NCBI GenBank assembly: GCA_039028615.1
Contig: JBCCHT010000004.1
Coordinates: 32,001 to 96,000, forward strand
DNA from: Myxococcota bacterium
Lineage (GTDB): Bacteria > Myxococcota_A > Polyangia > Nannocystales > Nannocystaceae
Length of the DNA stretch: 64,000 nucleotides
Direction of reading: 5' to 3'
Positions 20,105 to 30,197 of the stretch are shown one piece after another. The translations under genes were made by a program, and so were the position numbers. The notes beneath the pieces are model-generated. The model searched no databases, had not been told where the DNA came from, and was given only the letters and a program-made list of their open reading frames with translations. Numbering within the stretch: the stretch's first letter is position 1; each line of letters begins with the position of its first letter.

Positions 20105-21874
20105 TCAGCGCCTCTTGCCGCGCCGCTTCGGCTTACTCGTCGGCAGCGTCACCTCGATCACCCACGCCGTCAGGTCGTCCAAGAACTTCGGATCGACCGC
20201 ACGCCCCGGCTCCCGATAGCGCGCCGGGTTCGACTTGCCCGGCTCCGACTTGAACAGGTGATCGAGCTGCGGGTAGCGCTTCAGCGTGGCCGCCTTCCCC
20301 TTGCCGCGGGCCTGCGTCGCGGCCAGCAGCGCCCGAGCATCGACCGACGGATCGACCTCGAAGTCCTTGCCGCCTTGCGCCAGCCAGATGGGCCCATCGA
20401 TGCGCCCGAGCATCTTGGCCGGATCGAGCCGCAGCACCTCGCGGAGCCAGTCCTCGTGGTCCCGCAGCTCCGGCGGAATCTCGCCCGCCTCGAGCCCCTC
20501 GAGCATCTTGCGTTGTTGCTGCGCCGCCTTGTCCCGCAGCTCGGGCGGAACGTCGGCCAGCGCCGCCTGGCCCTGGTCGCGAAGCACCTGGAGATAGGGG
20601 CGACCCGGGGACGCCAGCAGAGCCAATGCTCGTACGCCTGCGCCCTGTTGCACCGCCAAGCTCAGCGCTCGCAGACCGCCCTCCCCGTGGGCCACCACCA
20701 CGATGCGATCCGGGTCGACCTCCGGCTGCACCACCAGGGTTCGATAGGCGCGCCGAAGGTCCTCGAGCTGCGCCGTGAAGCTCATCGGCCCCGCCTCGCT
20801 CTGCCCCTGGCCGCGATCGTCGAAGCGAAGCACCGCCACCCCGGCCTGCGCCAGCGCGTCGGTGATCTCGTGGCTCCCCAGATCGACCGGAGGCGGACCG
20901 GCGAACCCATGCCGATCCTCGCGCCCCGTGCCCGACACCCACAGCACGGCGGGCACTGGCGTCTTCGCTCGGTCCGGGATCAGCACCTCGCCGAACAACG
21001 CCGGCTCACCCGCGCGCCCCGGGAGTTCCACCGGACGGACCTCGAAGCCCCCATCGCCCGATTGCTCGTAGGTCAGCGTCGGCGGCCCTTCGATCGCCCA
21101 CTTCGGCCACTTCGCCACCCCGGCCATCGACTCCACGATCAGCCCCGACTCGCGGACCTCGCTGCGAAGCAGGCGTCCGTTCTCCAGCGTGATCGTCTCG
21201 CCGAGGTTCGTGCGGATCTTCGCCACTCCCCCCGTCTGTTTCGGGGCCCGCACCACCGTCGCCTCCCACTCCACCGGGGCGCCGCCCGACAGCGACACCA
21301 CCCGCCACTCCAGCGCCCCTTCTTCCAGGCGGCGCAGCCCCAGCATCAGCTCCTCGTGGAAGATCGCCGAGTGAGCCATGAAGGCCGTGTCGGTGCGCTC
21401 CGGCTCGTAGAGCAGCTCGTCGCGCTGCGTGCCGTCGGTGAGGTGCAGCAGGTCGTCCTTGCGCTCGAACCTCACCTCGACCGCGTCGCTGCGCTCGTGA
21501 CCCTCGACGAGGTGCCCCTGCTCGTCCAGCAACAGCATGCCCTCCGCCCGCGTCGGGGGACGGCCGGGGAGCAGAAGTTCAGTGCGCGTCTCGAAGCGAT
21601 GGCGGCGAGATTCCCCCTGTCCCTCCGGCCCGACATAGCGGCCCCACGTATGGCCGATGAGCGTGTCCCCTTGGCTCAGCGAAAAACGGCGGATCTCTCC
21701 CGGGGCGTAGAGGTCGCCGGGTGAGCGACCCTCCCAAAGCAAGGCCGTCGTCTTCGCGGGATCTCCGCTGTTCGACGCGTCCTCGGGGGAGATCGGCGGT
21801 GGCGGCTCGATGCAAGCGGGCGCCAGTATTGCCAAGCATGCGGCCAAATACTGGTGAATTCGGCGATCGGGCAC
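20105..21874 (-). CDS. Lipoprotein with C-terminal alpha/beta-hydrolase fold (nucleophile Ser absent)
   Basis: Lipobox APAC; PAVLWVSGTG, LRFDDRGQGQS, VAHGEGG, GGKDFEV, LDHLF. Confidence 0.8.
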   Translation of the reverse strand: MPDRRIHQYLAACLAILAPACIEPPPPISPEDASNSGDPAKTTALLWEGRSPGDLYAPGEIRRFSLSQGDTLIGHTWGRYVGPEGQGESRRHRFETRTELLLPGRPPTRAEGMLLLDEQGHLVEGHERSDAVEVRFERKDDLLHLTDGTQRDELLYEPERTDTAFMAHSAIFHEELMLGLRRLEEGALEWRVVSLSGGAPVEWEATVVRAPKQTGGVAKIRTNLGETITLENGRLLRSEVRESGLIVESMAGVAKWPKWAIEGPPTLTYEQSGDGGFEVRPVELPGRAGEPALFGEVLIPDRAKTPVPAVLWVSGTGREDRHGFAGPPPVDLGSHEITDALAQAGVAVLRFDDRGQGQSEAGPMSFTAQLEDLRRAYRTLVVQPEVDPDRIVVVAHGEGGLRALSLAVQQGAGVRALALLASPGRPYLQVLRDQGQAALADVPPELRDKAAQQQRKMLEGLEAGEIPPELRDHEDWLREVLRLDPAKMLGRIDGPIWLAQGGKDFEVDPSVDARALLAATQARGKGKAATLKRYPQLDHLFKSEPGKSNPARYREPGRAVDPKFLDDLTAWVIEVTLPTSKPKRRGKRR

Positions 21875-21967
21875 GACGCGGAGGATACACGGCGCGGGCC
21901 TTCGTGGCCGGTGGCATGGGTCCGATTGAAGGGTGCGGATCGGTGGGAAAATCTCGAAGGTAGGGGG

Positions 21968-21995
21968 TTGTGTTGGCCGGGGAATCGTCTATAAC
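21968..21995 (+). promoter_or_regulatory. Putative sigma-70 promoter of tRNA-Lys
   Basis: TTGTGT-N16-TATAAC followed by a GC-rich discriminator GGGCGCCC just upstream of the tRNA. Confidence 0.5.
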
Positions 21996-22007
21996 GGGCG
22001 CCCTCAC

Positions 22008-22080
22008 GGGCTCGTAGCTCAATTGGCAGAGCAGCGGACTCTTAATCCGCGGGTTGTAGGTTCGATTCCTACCGGGCTCA
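22008..22080 (+). tRNA. tRNA-Lys, anticodon CTT (3' CCA not encoded)
   Basis: Acceptor GGGCTCG/CGGGCTC plus A; D arm GCTC-AATTGGCA-GAGC; anticodon arm GCGGA-CT-CTT-AA-TCCGC; T arm GTAGG-TTCGATT-CCTAC. Confidence 0.97.
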
Positions 22081-22086
22081 CCCTAG

Positions 22087-22120
22087 AAACCCCGTCTTCC
22101 TTCTCGGAAGTCGGGGTTTT
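22087..22120 (+). terminator. Rho-independent terminator of tRNA-Lys
   Basis: AAACCCCG-t-CTTCC-loop-GGAAG-t-CGGGGTTTT. Confidence 0.8.
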
Positions 22121-22242
22121 CTACGTCTGGGGGATCTCGCAACCCCGTGCCTGCGCGAGGCTCGGCGGCCCCGATGGCCGGGCACCTGGGAGAACATCGA
22201 CGAGCCGCTCCGACGCGAGGCACGAGCTCCAACGATCACGGC

Positions 22243-24954
22243 ATGGAACGCAGCTTTCTCAATCCCTCGACAGAGCCCGTCCGGTACGCCCGTGTCCTCG
22301 CTCCGAACGGGAATGGCGAGTTTGCGCTGAGCCTCGGCGACTGGCTCCAGCCGACCACCGAGACCTCGTTTCGCCACGACTCATACGAGGCTGCGGTCGA
22401 TGCTTACCGCGCCCAGGTGGCGCAGCTCGAGGCCGATGGCTTCATCGAGATCGCGCCCTGGCTACGGTACGAGCGCGGCGACGAAGCCCTCGAAGTCCTG
22501 CCCCCTCATGTCTTGCCGCAGGTCTGCACGCGGGTCGACGGGACCATCAAATGCACCGAGTGTGCGTCCTTTCCCGCGGCCATCAAGCGCTTCAACGCGC
22601 TCGTCGAGCAGCGCATCGCGGACGGCTTCGTGTTTCGTCTCCCACGGCACGACCTGCCCCCCGACGAACACTTCGAACGTGTCGACGAGCCCGACACGGA
22701 GGACCCGAGCCAGACCGCGATGCGGTTCTGGCGTTCGCGCAGCGACGCGGACATCCAACACGGGCCTCAGTACTGGTAGTCGAACGGCATCGTCGAGTGG
22801 TGTGCGTACCAGCTGAACTCCGCGAAGTTCGGCGCGCAGTACCTCGTCGAGGGCGACGTGCTGCGGAAGTTTCACCTGCATGACGCAGGCGACGAGCGAG
22901 GGTTGGCGTATCTGTTCTCGGGCCGGTCGTTGCTCTCCTTCGGGCCTCGGGAAAACGACGAGCGATCGGGCACTTGGTACAAGGTCGACGCAGAAAACGA
23001 GGTCACGACCGTCTACTCCAAGCCCGGCCAGATGCTGAGCGCGGAGTGGGTCCGCCACGACGGGACGCTCGAACAGATCAAGCGCTTCGATGAGACCTTC
23101 GGGTTCTGCACCGAGATGCTCGCGTACGACGGCCAGGGAATGCTGAAGCAACGCCGCATTCGGGCGGGAGACCAGTGGGACATCACCCTGTATCGAGCCG
23201 ACGGCGAGACGCCCCGGCTCCGCGGTACGCAGGATGAACGCGGGAACTATGCGGTGACCATGGAGTACGACGCGGATGGGAGCCCCCTCGTCAAAGATCC
23301 CGTCGCCTCGGTGCTGTCGTGCGTCGAATCGGGGAACTACGCGAGTGCCCCCGCCGAGGCAACCTATGGCCCGACGACCGCGGAGTCGGTCGATTTGGAA
23401 TCCTTGCTCGAAGACCACTTGGCGCGCTTGTTCTGCATCGCCAGCCACGATGCGAAGGCGCTGAGCGATGGGGGTTCACACAGCGACGGTGGCACCCAGC
23501 TCGAACTCGAGTGGAAGAACAACACCCTCGTCCAGGCGAGCGTCATCCGGCCCGATGGGACACGGGTGGCGACGGCCGTGGCACCGAGCGAAGACCGAGC
23601 CGCCGTGTCGGTGAAGGTGTTTCACGCCGACGGACTCACCGTCGCGCGTTCCGGGTGCTACGCCACAACCCCGGACTCGTTGCACCGCACCCGCTGGTGG
23701 TACGAGCACGACGAATCGAATGTGCTCGGTCGTATCCAGGGCTTCGATCGCAACGGACTGTTCGCCGACTACGACATCGGGCCTCTCGAGCGGCCAGCCA
23801 AGGAGCGTTCGCCCGATGTCCTGAGCGATGAAGCCGTGGCATTGGCGGAAGGGCCACCCCATCGCGAGGCCTTCCTGGAAATCTGCACACGCGTGGAGCA
23901 GCGGGCGGTCCTCGAGCCGGACCAGGCGACGGCACTGGTCACCCGATTGATCGGACCATTGCAGAGTTGGCCGAGCCGCATTCGAGCCGCCCCGCTCCTT
24001 TGGGTCAATCGGCTCATCCGCGGTGCACTTCCGCTCGAAGCGCTGCACCTGGTCCGCGCTCTGTCGCTGACGGCTGCAGTCGCGGCCGGCCATCGGCAGT
24101 CGGTCCACTATCCCTTGCTGCTGCGGTGGCTCGCCGACTATCCCGAAACCGGGCCGAGGCTCGAAGGCGTCTCGATGAGCTTCCGGCAGGATGTGGCGAC
24201 CTCGTTGCAAGCTGCGATGGCCGGACAACCCGAGGTCTTCCACCCCGCGGGCGACCTCGACTTCGACCAGACCTTCCACCTGGACCACGACGACCACGAC
24301 ACCTTCTTTGGCAGTGCGCTACTCCGAGACGTGCGGGTACTGGACCTGTCGTTCGAGCCGACGCGTTGCCACTTTGGCTACCAGTCGCAGGAGGTCCTCG
24401 ATGGCCGCGGGCTGTCACTCGTCGATGTGATGTCGCGCGTACATAGCTCGGACCTCGAGGTCCTCGACCTGTGGGGACAGTGCTCGACCGTCACCGGCCA
24501 AGTGCTTCGCATTCGCACCTCGAACAAGGAACGCGCCGCCGTCAAAGCAAAGCTCGCCAAGCTCCGAGCGCTCAACGTCGGCGGCGGACATCCCGTTGGT
24601 GACGATGGAGTCCGGGCCATCGCATCATTGTGCCCCTCGCTGGAGCGCCTCTCCCTCCGGCCGGGTGAAGCCGGCGCGGTGCTCAGTCTCGACTGGGCGG
24701 CCTACGACGAGGCCGAGCAGGCCTACCTGCTGAGCGACTGGCAAGTCGAAGAGTCCAGCGTCGAGAAGATGCGGATCTCCACCAAAGGTTGGCGGGCATT
24801 GGCGAGGGTCTCGACCCTGCGGTTCGTATCCATCGCCAATTGCCAGGGTGAAGCCAAGCAACCCGCGCGAGTGGAAGTCGACCAGCGCCCACGTAGCTTC
24901 GGGATCCAGTCGGGCCCTCGCGTCGCCCAGTGGGACGACGAATTCGAGGAATGA
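22243..24954 (+). pseudogene. WGR-like x2 + MORN-variant-like repeats + C-terminal LRR protein, interrupted by one in-frame TAG (22777-22779)
   Basis: ORFs 22147..22779 and 22858..24954 share a frame and only one stop separates them (HGPQYW*SNGIVEW). C-terminal LRR pattern: VRVLDLS, LEVLDLW, LRALNVG, VGDDGVRAIA, LERLSL. Confidence 0.6.
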
Positions 24955-25021
24955 GCGCGGGGCGGGTTGTTCCACGCGTACGGAAGAGCCCGCCCGCCGC
25001 CTCCGCGAAGAGACGCGGGCG

Positions 25022-25735
25022 TTACGGCAGCAGCTCGAGCAGCGGTCGTAGGATCGGCGGAAGCCCGAAGAGCACCACGGTAAAGGCGACTGCACTCCGT
25101 AGCATGCTCGAGATCCACCCGGCCCCCGTCACGTCGCGCGCGGTCCAACCGAGCCACCAGTAGGGGATCACGACCATCGCGATCGACCACTCGGGCCAGA
25201 CCAGCAACACCGCCACTCCAAGCACCATCTGCAGCACGAACGTGTGGCCGTGTGCATACAAGACGAGCACCAAGTGTTCGATGTAGCGAAGGCGCTTGTC
25301 CCAGAACAGCAGGCTCATCACACCCGCCGTGATCGGCAGCGCCACGACGTTGACCAGCTTGCCCCACTCGACGGCGTCGCTGCTCTCCGACGCTTCCCGC
25401 AGTCCGAGCTGGATCTCCAACCAGGGCAACACCACGAAGGCCAGCGTCACGGCGACGAGCGCATACTTGAACGGGTTGATGTACACGATCCGCCGGCCGT
25501 CCAGAAACTCGCGGGTCACCCGACCCGGCCGCACGGTGAGCCCCCAGAGCGTGCGAAACACCCGAGAGTCGAGCTCGAGCAGGCCTTCGACCACATCCCC
25601 GACCATGGCTCTGATGCGCAGCCGGGGGTAGCGGTGTCCCTGACCGCACTCGTGGCAATACAGCCCGTGCAGCGTGGCGTCGCAGGCCAGGCACCGCTCG
25701 GGGGCCTGCGCCGTCTCGCTCTCGCCTCGCCTCAT
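25022..25735 (-). CDS. DUF3667 domain membrane protein
   Basis: CLACDATLHGLYCHECGQ zinc ribbon, DSRVFRTL..L..RPG.VTREFLDGRR..YINP, several TM helices. Confidence 0.85.
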   Translation of the reverse strand: MRRGESETAQAPERCLACDATLHGLYCHECGQGHRYPRLRIRAMVGDVVEGLLELDSRVFRTLWGLTVRPGRVTREFLDGRRIVYINPFKYALVAVTLAFVVLPWLEIQLGLREASESSDAVEWGKLVNVVALPITAGVMSLLFWDKRLRYIEHLVLVLYAHGHTFVLQMVLGVAVLLVWPEWSIAMVVIPYWWLGWTARDVTGAGWISSMLRSAVAFTVVLFGLPPILRPLLELLP

Positions 25736-25840
25736 CGGCAAAGAGTCTAACAAAGCGCTCGGTCGCCCTCGGACACCGATGTGTGGTCATCGGCGGGCCC
25801 GCCACCGACAAGGGCTCGGGTGCACGCTATGGTCGCTCGC

Positions 25841-26395
25841 ATGAGCGGCTCCTCGCACACCGCCCCCGAAAATCCCGACGACGCCGACGGCGAGTCGGTC
25901 TCCGAGGGGAAGACGCGGCTGAGCTATCGGGAGCGTCAGCAAGAGTCCGAGATGCTGGGCGGCTTGGCTCGCGCCCTCGTCGACATGCGCCCCTCCCAGC
26001 TCGCCGAAGTCCCCCTCGATCCCGAAGTCGTCGAGGCGGTGGTGGCCTGCCGCGACTATCGGAAGTCGTCGCGGGTCCGGGGGCTACGGCGCATCAGCCA
26101 GCTCCTGCGCCAGCTCGACGTCGACGAGGTCAGTCGTGCCATCGCCGATGCCGGCCACAAGCAGCGCGGTCGGGCCCAGCGTGAACGTGGATACGAGCGT
26201 TGGCGCGAGCGTCTGCTGACCGAGGGGGACCCCGCGCTGACCGAGTTCATGGACGCCAACCCGCACGCGGATGTGCAGCGCATGCGACAGTTTCTACGGC
26301 AGGCGCGTCGCGCACCCGAGAGTGGCAAGGGCAAGCAGGCCTCACGCAACGTGCTTCGGCTCGTCCGGGATGCACTCGAGAACCAACCGGAATAG
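25841..26395 (+). CDS. yjgA: Ribosome-associated protein YjgA/DarP (DUF615)
   Basis: S..ERQQES..L..LA.ALV.M...QLA.VPL; R..RISQLLR..D; ERWRERLL.EGD.AL.EF...PHADVQRMRQ.LR.AR. Confidence 0.85.
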   Translation: MSGSSHTAPENPDDADGESVSEGKTRLSYRERQQESEMLGGLARALVDMRPSQLAEVPLDPEVVEAVVACRDYRKSSRVRGLRRISQLLRQLDVDEVSRAIADAGHKQRGRAQRERGYERWRERLLTEGDPALTEFMDANPHADVQRMRQFLRQARRAPESGKGKQASRNVLRLVRDALENQPE

Positions 26396-26493
26396 CGATG
26401 ATGCTCAGCATCGTCCGCAGTCGCCTCCCCGGACGTGTAAAACTTCCTGGAGAAACGGCGACGTTTCCATATTTACGAAGGTCCGCACAGACG

Positions 26494-26829
26494 ATGCCCC
26501 CATTCGAGTACCAAGCCACCGATGCGTTTCTCATCGTCCAACGAGGGATCTGCTTCCGAGGAATCGTCACCAGCGGCCAAGTGTCGGTCGGGTCTCGCGT
26601 GACGTTCGTACGCCAGGGACTGGCTATCACCGGTGAAGTGTTGGCCATCGAGCACGAAGAGCAGTTGGTCCCCGAGACGATTCCCGGCACAGAGATAGGC
26701 TTGCTGGTCTCGGGCCTCACGGACCCCGACCTGATGCAGCTCGTGAGCCCCACGATCGAGATGCTCAACGGCCCCCAGCCCCCGCTCGAGATCCCGATGC
26801 CTCAGGTCGTTCGAGAGCCGGACTCTTGA
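26494..26829 (+). CDS. Small protein resembling stand-alone EF-Tu domain II beta-barrel
   Basis: DAFLIVQRGICFRGIVTSGQVSVGSRV...VLAIEHEEQLVPETIPGTEIGLLVSG parallels EF-Tu DVFSISGRGTVVTGRVERG.IKVG.EV...GVEMFRKLLDEG.AG.NVG.LLRG. Confidence 0.65.
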   Translation: MPPFEYQATDAFLIVQRGICFRGIVTSGQVSVGSRVTFVRQGLAITGEVLAIEHEEQLVPETIPGTEIGLLVSGLTDPDLMQLVSPTIEMLNGPQPPLEIPMPQVVREPDS

Positions 26830-27003
26830 ACTCCGCGGGTGCACTCGCGCGACGGCGCCCGACCATCGACCACGATCTTCATTGGGCCGCGTGCGTCTTT
26901 TCTTCGTCCGGTCGCGCCACGCCTTCCCCGCGTGCGAAATCGGTCGACCGAAAACCGACGACCCGCCCGACGCCGGTCAGCCGTGGAGAACCTGCGGCAA
27001 GGC

Positions 27004-27726
27004 CTACTCGCGTCCAGCTCGTGCGGATCGAGCGTAGAGCAGGTCCAGCAACAGCCACAGCGCAGGCTGGACGAAGACCGCCACCCAGCTCACTTTTTCC
27101 AGCGCCAGGTTCCGCGGCAGCCCCAGGAGGTTCATCGGGAAGCACACGAATACCGACGTAAACGTCAAAAAGGACACGCCGTCGACGGCGATCTTCGACC
27201 GTACGATTCGATGGGTGGGCGTGGTCGCGGAACTCCGCAGGAGCCGGAGTCCATGGAGCCCCGCGCCCAAGCCACCGATGCCGCCGATGAGGTACAGGCC
27301 CGGCACGTCGAACTGCTCGAGCGTCAGGTGCCCCCATGCGCCCGCCGTCAGGGCCCATAGCGTGTGATGGATTCCGATCACGGTGTGAAAGGCCCCCACG
27401 ATCCGAGCATAACGACTGACTTGGGGGCCCGCGGGTGACGACAGCGCTCCTCGACGGCGAGTCACGAGGACTCCGGCTGCGGTCGAAGCAGTTCCCAAGA
27501 ACCCGTAGACGATGAGGTATGCGATCGACCAGGCCGGCGCCATGGGCTCGACGCGGCGGGGATACTGCGCTCCCACGACCCCGAACATCTCCTCCCAGCC
27601 GGGCACGAAGTCGAGCCCCACTGTCTTCCAGATGATGGTCGTGAACGCAAGGGTCGCGCAGGTGTAGGCCAAAGGCGCCTCCGCCCAGGGAGCGAACAAT
27701 CGTAGGTGGGATTGCGACTCGGCCAT
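27004..27726 (-). CDS. Hypothetical multi-pass membrane protein
   Basis: About six hydrophobic segments; no family recognised. Confidence 0.65.
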   Translation of the reverse strand: MAESQSHLRLFAPWAEAPLAYTCATLAFTTIIWKTVGLDFVPGWEEMFGVVGAQYPRRVEPMAPAWSIAYLIVYGFLGTASTAAGVLVTRRRGALSSPAGPQVSRYARIVGAFHTVIGIHHTLWALTAGAWGHLTLEQFDVPGLYLIGGIGGLGAGLHGLRLLRSSATTPTHRIVRSKIAVDGVSFLTFTSVFVCFPMNLLGLPRNLALEKVSWVAVFVQPALWLLLDLLYARSARAGRE

Positions 27727-27788
27727 GGACGCGACGGTAGCAGACCAGAGGCCTGGGACGGCCCGTCGTAGGCGACTACGATGCCGCC

Positions 27789-28805
27789 GTGAAGCCTCGA
27801 CGCGTACCGGCCTGCCGCTTCTTGGTCGTCGTCGCCGCTACGCTCGCGTGCACGACCGAGCCGCCACGCACCACGCCAACACCCAAGCCCACGCCGAAGC
27901 AGGAGGCCGCCCCGGACTCCGCGTGGTACGAGGTCGTCGCGCAAGCACCGGGCCCCGAGTTCACCGATCCAGCCATGCGGGCCGCGGTCGAGGCCAGCGG
28001 TCACCCGTGGAAGGTCCGCGATCGAGCGACGGGGATCGAGTTGGTGCTCGTGCTGCCGGGTGACTTCGACATGGGCTCGCCAGCGACCGAAGAAGGGCGC
28101 CAGGGCCACGAGGGCCCCCAGCACCGCGTCCGCATCTCACACGCGTTCTATCTCGGCACCACCGAGGTCTCGCAGCGCACGTGGGAAGGGCTGATGGGCT
28201 CCACGACCAGCTTCTTCCCGGGCCCCGAGTTGCCGGTCTCGCCGTCGTGGCGAGACGTCGACGGCTTCCTCGCTCGGGCCAATGCCGCTGTCGGCTCCGG
28301 GACCCCACCGCTGCGACTCCCGACCGAAGCGGAGTGGGAGTACGCGAGCCGAGCGGGGACGACGACGCCGCACTGCCTCCCCGACTCGGTCCAAGGACCC
28401 GCCCTCCATACCGTGATGAACTTCAACGACGGTGAGATCAGCAGCGCCGTGGTCGTCGACGGTCGGCTCCAGGTCGAATGGTCCACGCCTCCGTCGCCGG
28501 GCTGTCGCATGACCACCGTCCCCGTCGGCTCTCTACCGCCCAACCGCTGGGGCCTGCACGAGATGCACGGAAACCTCTGGGAGTGGACCGCAGACGCCTA
28601 CCGTCCCGACGCCTACGCCGAACGAGGAGCACTCACCGTCGATCCCTTCGTGAGCGGACCTGCCTCCGGGCTCCATACCCTTCGCGGAGGCTCCTGGTAC
28701 GACCCCGCAGCACAGTGCCGCGCCGCGTCACGCGATGCGGGAGGCGCCGACGTTCAGAGCAATCGGATTGGGTTCCGCGTCGCTCGCACCGCCGGGTCCG
28801 AATGA
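27789..28805 (+). CDS. Formylglycine-generating-enzyme (FGE-sulfatase/SUMF1) domain lipoprotein
   Basis: GDFDMGS, EGPQHRV, RLPTEAEWEYASRAG, PNRWGLHEMHGNLWEW, RGGSW, IGFRVAR; lipobox TLAC; no FGE catalytic Cys pair. Confidence 0.9.
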   Translation: MKPRRVPACRFLVVVAATLACTTEPPRTTPTPKPTPKQEAAPDSAWYEVVAQAPGPEFTDPAMRAAVEASGHPWKVRDRATGIELVLVLPGDFDMGSPATEEGRQGHEGPQHRVRISHAFYLGTTEVSQRTWEGLMGSTTSFFPGPELPVSPSWRDVDGFLARANAAVGSGTPPLRLPTEAEWEYASRAGTTTPHCLPDSVQGPALHTVMNFNDGEISSAVVVDGRLQVEWSTPPSPGCRMTTVPVGSLPPNRWGLHEMHGNLWEWTADAYRPDAYAERGALTVDPFVSGPASGLHTLRGGSWYDPAAQCRAASRDAGGADVQSNRIGFRVARTAGSE

Positions 28806-28861
28806 CGAGCGTCGGGCGACTCCCACGCTCCCGAGACGACGAGTTGAGCTAAGCTCCCTTC

Positions 28862-29449
28862 GTGGCCGTCTCGGAGACATCCAAACGACAGGCCCTCGAG
28901 CACTTGAGGACGGCCGATCGGATGCTCGGGGGCGCGCTGGGGACCCTGCGCTTCGTCGCACGCCAGCAGGGTCTCGACATGCTCGGGTTCGAGACCGCCG
29001 AGGGCCTCTTCGGCGAGGCTACGCGGGCCGACGTGCTGTCCGCCGATGAAGCGCTCAGCCACGCTCAGGCCGAATTTCGAAGCGCACTCGATCTGCTCGG
29101 CTCGAGTGCAGACGACTGGACCGAGCTCGAGCAATGGGGCTTCGCCGAGAGCATCGCAGACGGCATCTTCGATCTGTTCGCGCTGTGCAAGGCGCGACGC
29201 AACATCAAAGCCACCGAGCAGGTGCACGAGAAGGTCCGCGTCCTGTTCGACAAGGTCGTGAGGAGCGGGTCGGGCCTTCACGACACCCAGCCCCTCGCCG
29301 ACTGGGACGACGAGGGATTCCGAGGTGAGATGAAGGCACAGTGGCACTTCAACCGCTCGCTCTTTTCCTTTCGGGCGGCCCAGATCGTCGTGTTTGCGGT
29401 CGTGGTTCTCAGCGCCGTTTTTGGCCTCATCCAACACCTGTTCGAGTAG
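28862..29449 (+). CDS. Hypothetical protein with C-terminal TM helix
   Basis: Helical protein with typical codon usage and a hydrophobic C-terminus. Confidence 0.6.
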   Translation: MAVSETSKRQALEHLRTADRMLGGALGTLRFVARQQGLDMLGFETAEGLFGEATRADVLSADEALSHAQAEFRSALDLLGSSADDWTELEQWGFAESIADGIFDLFALCKARRNIKATEQVHEKVRVLFDKVVRSGSGLHDTQPLADWDDEGFRGEMKAQWHFNRSLFSFRAAQIVVFAVVVLSAVFGLIQHLFE

Positions 29450-29529
29450 ATCGGAAAACGGGGCCCGTGCATGACACGGACCCCGCCATCTTTGCGAGCA
29501 ACCCAGGAGCGAGGGAGTTCCTTGCTCGC

Positions 29530-29916
29530 TCACAGGCAAACATGACCGACGTGACAGTCGGGGCAGCCTTGCGCGGTGCAAGTCCCGCAGTACGCACAGA
29601 TCAAGCACCCGGTCTCCCACGAGATCATGCAGCCCATCGCCATGGGGTCGGGCTCGGTCTCGTCGAGGGTCAGGCGCGTGGTCGGGTCGTACTCGAAGCG
29701 CTCGTCTTCCGCCCGCTCGAGTAGCTCCGCCTCGTCGGAGATGTCGGCGTACACGATGACGTCGGGCTCGTAGTCGAGCTCGAACTCGTCGGCGATCTGC
29801 GACTGGAGCTCGACCAGGTCGGGACGGCCGGCATCCTCCTTCTCGACGTCGCACGCGACGGTGGACAGCAGGGCGAAGGAGGCAATGGTGAGAGCGGCGA
29901 GGGTCTTGATGGTCAT
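29530..29916 (-). CDS. Small lipoprotein with Cys-dense C-terminus
   Basis: MTIKTLAALTIASFALLSTVAC lipobox, acidic middle, 8 Cys in the last ~34 aa. Confidence 0.7.
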   Translation of the reverse strand: MTIKTLAALTIASFALLSTVACDVEKEDAGRPDLVELQSQIADEFELDYEPDVIVYADISDEAELLERAEDERFEYDPTTRLTLDETEPDPMAMGCMISWETGCLICAYCGTCTAQGCPDCHVGHVCL

Positions 29917-30197
29917 CGGTTCGTTCCTTGTTTTCGGAGGACGCGGCGATAGACCAGCCACCGCCCGAATCGATCACTGTCCGACCGAACTTTTGTGGCT
30001 GAACCGCGAAAAAGGCGCAGCGGCTCCACCTGGGTTCCAAGATGCGAACTCAGGTTCTTTTCGCCTCGAAGCAATCCGATCGACACCCTGGAGGACCTTT
30101 CCGATCGAGCACAGTGGCGCGACGGAGCGCTCGCCGACGAAACCACGGCGACCGACTCCGAGCCGCACAACTACGCCCCGAAGCACGCAGGTCCATC

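Noticed and set aside
22008..22080. Amber-suppressor tRNA explaining the neighbouring TAG
   Set aside because: The anticodon is CTT (Lys), not CTA; the adjacency is probably coincidental.
21933..22883. 316-aa ORF from the ORF track
   Set aside because: Runs through the tRNA and its terminator; Arg/Pro-rich off-frame composition.
27789..28805. Diversity-generating retroelement target (FGE/CLec fold)
   Set aside because: No reverse transcriptase and no template repeat matching the 3' end were seen.
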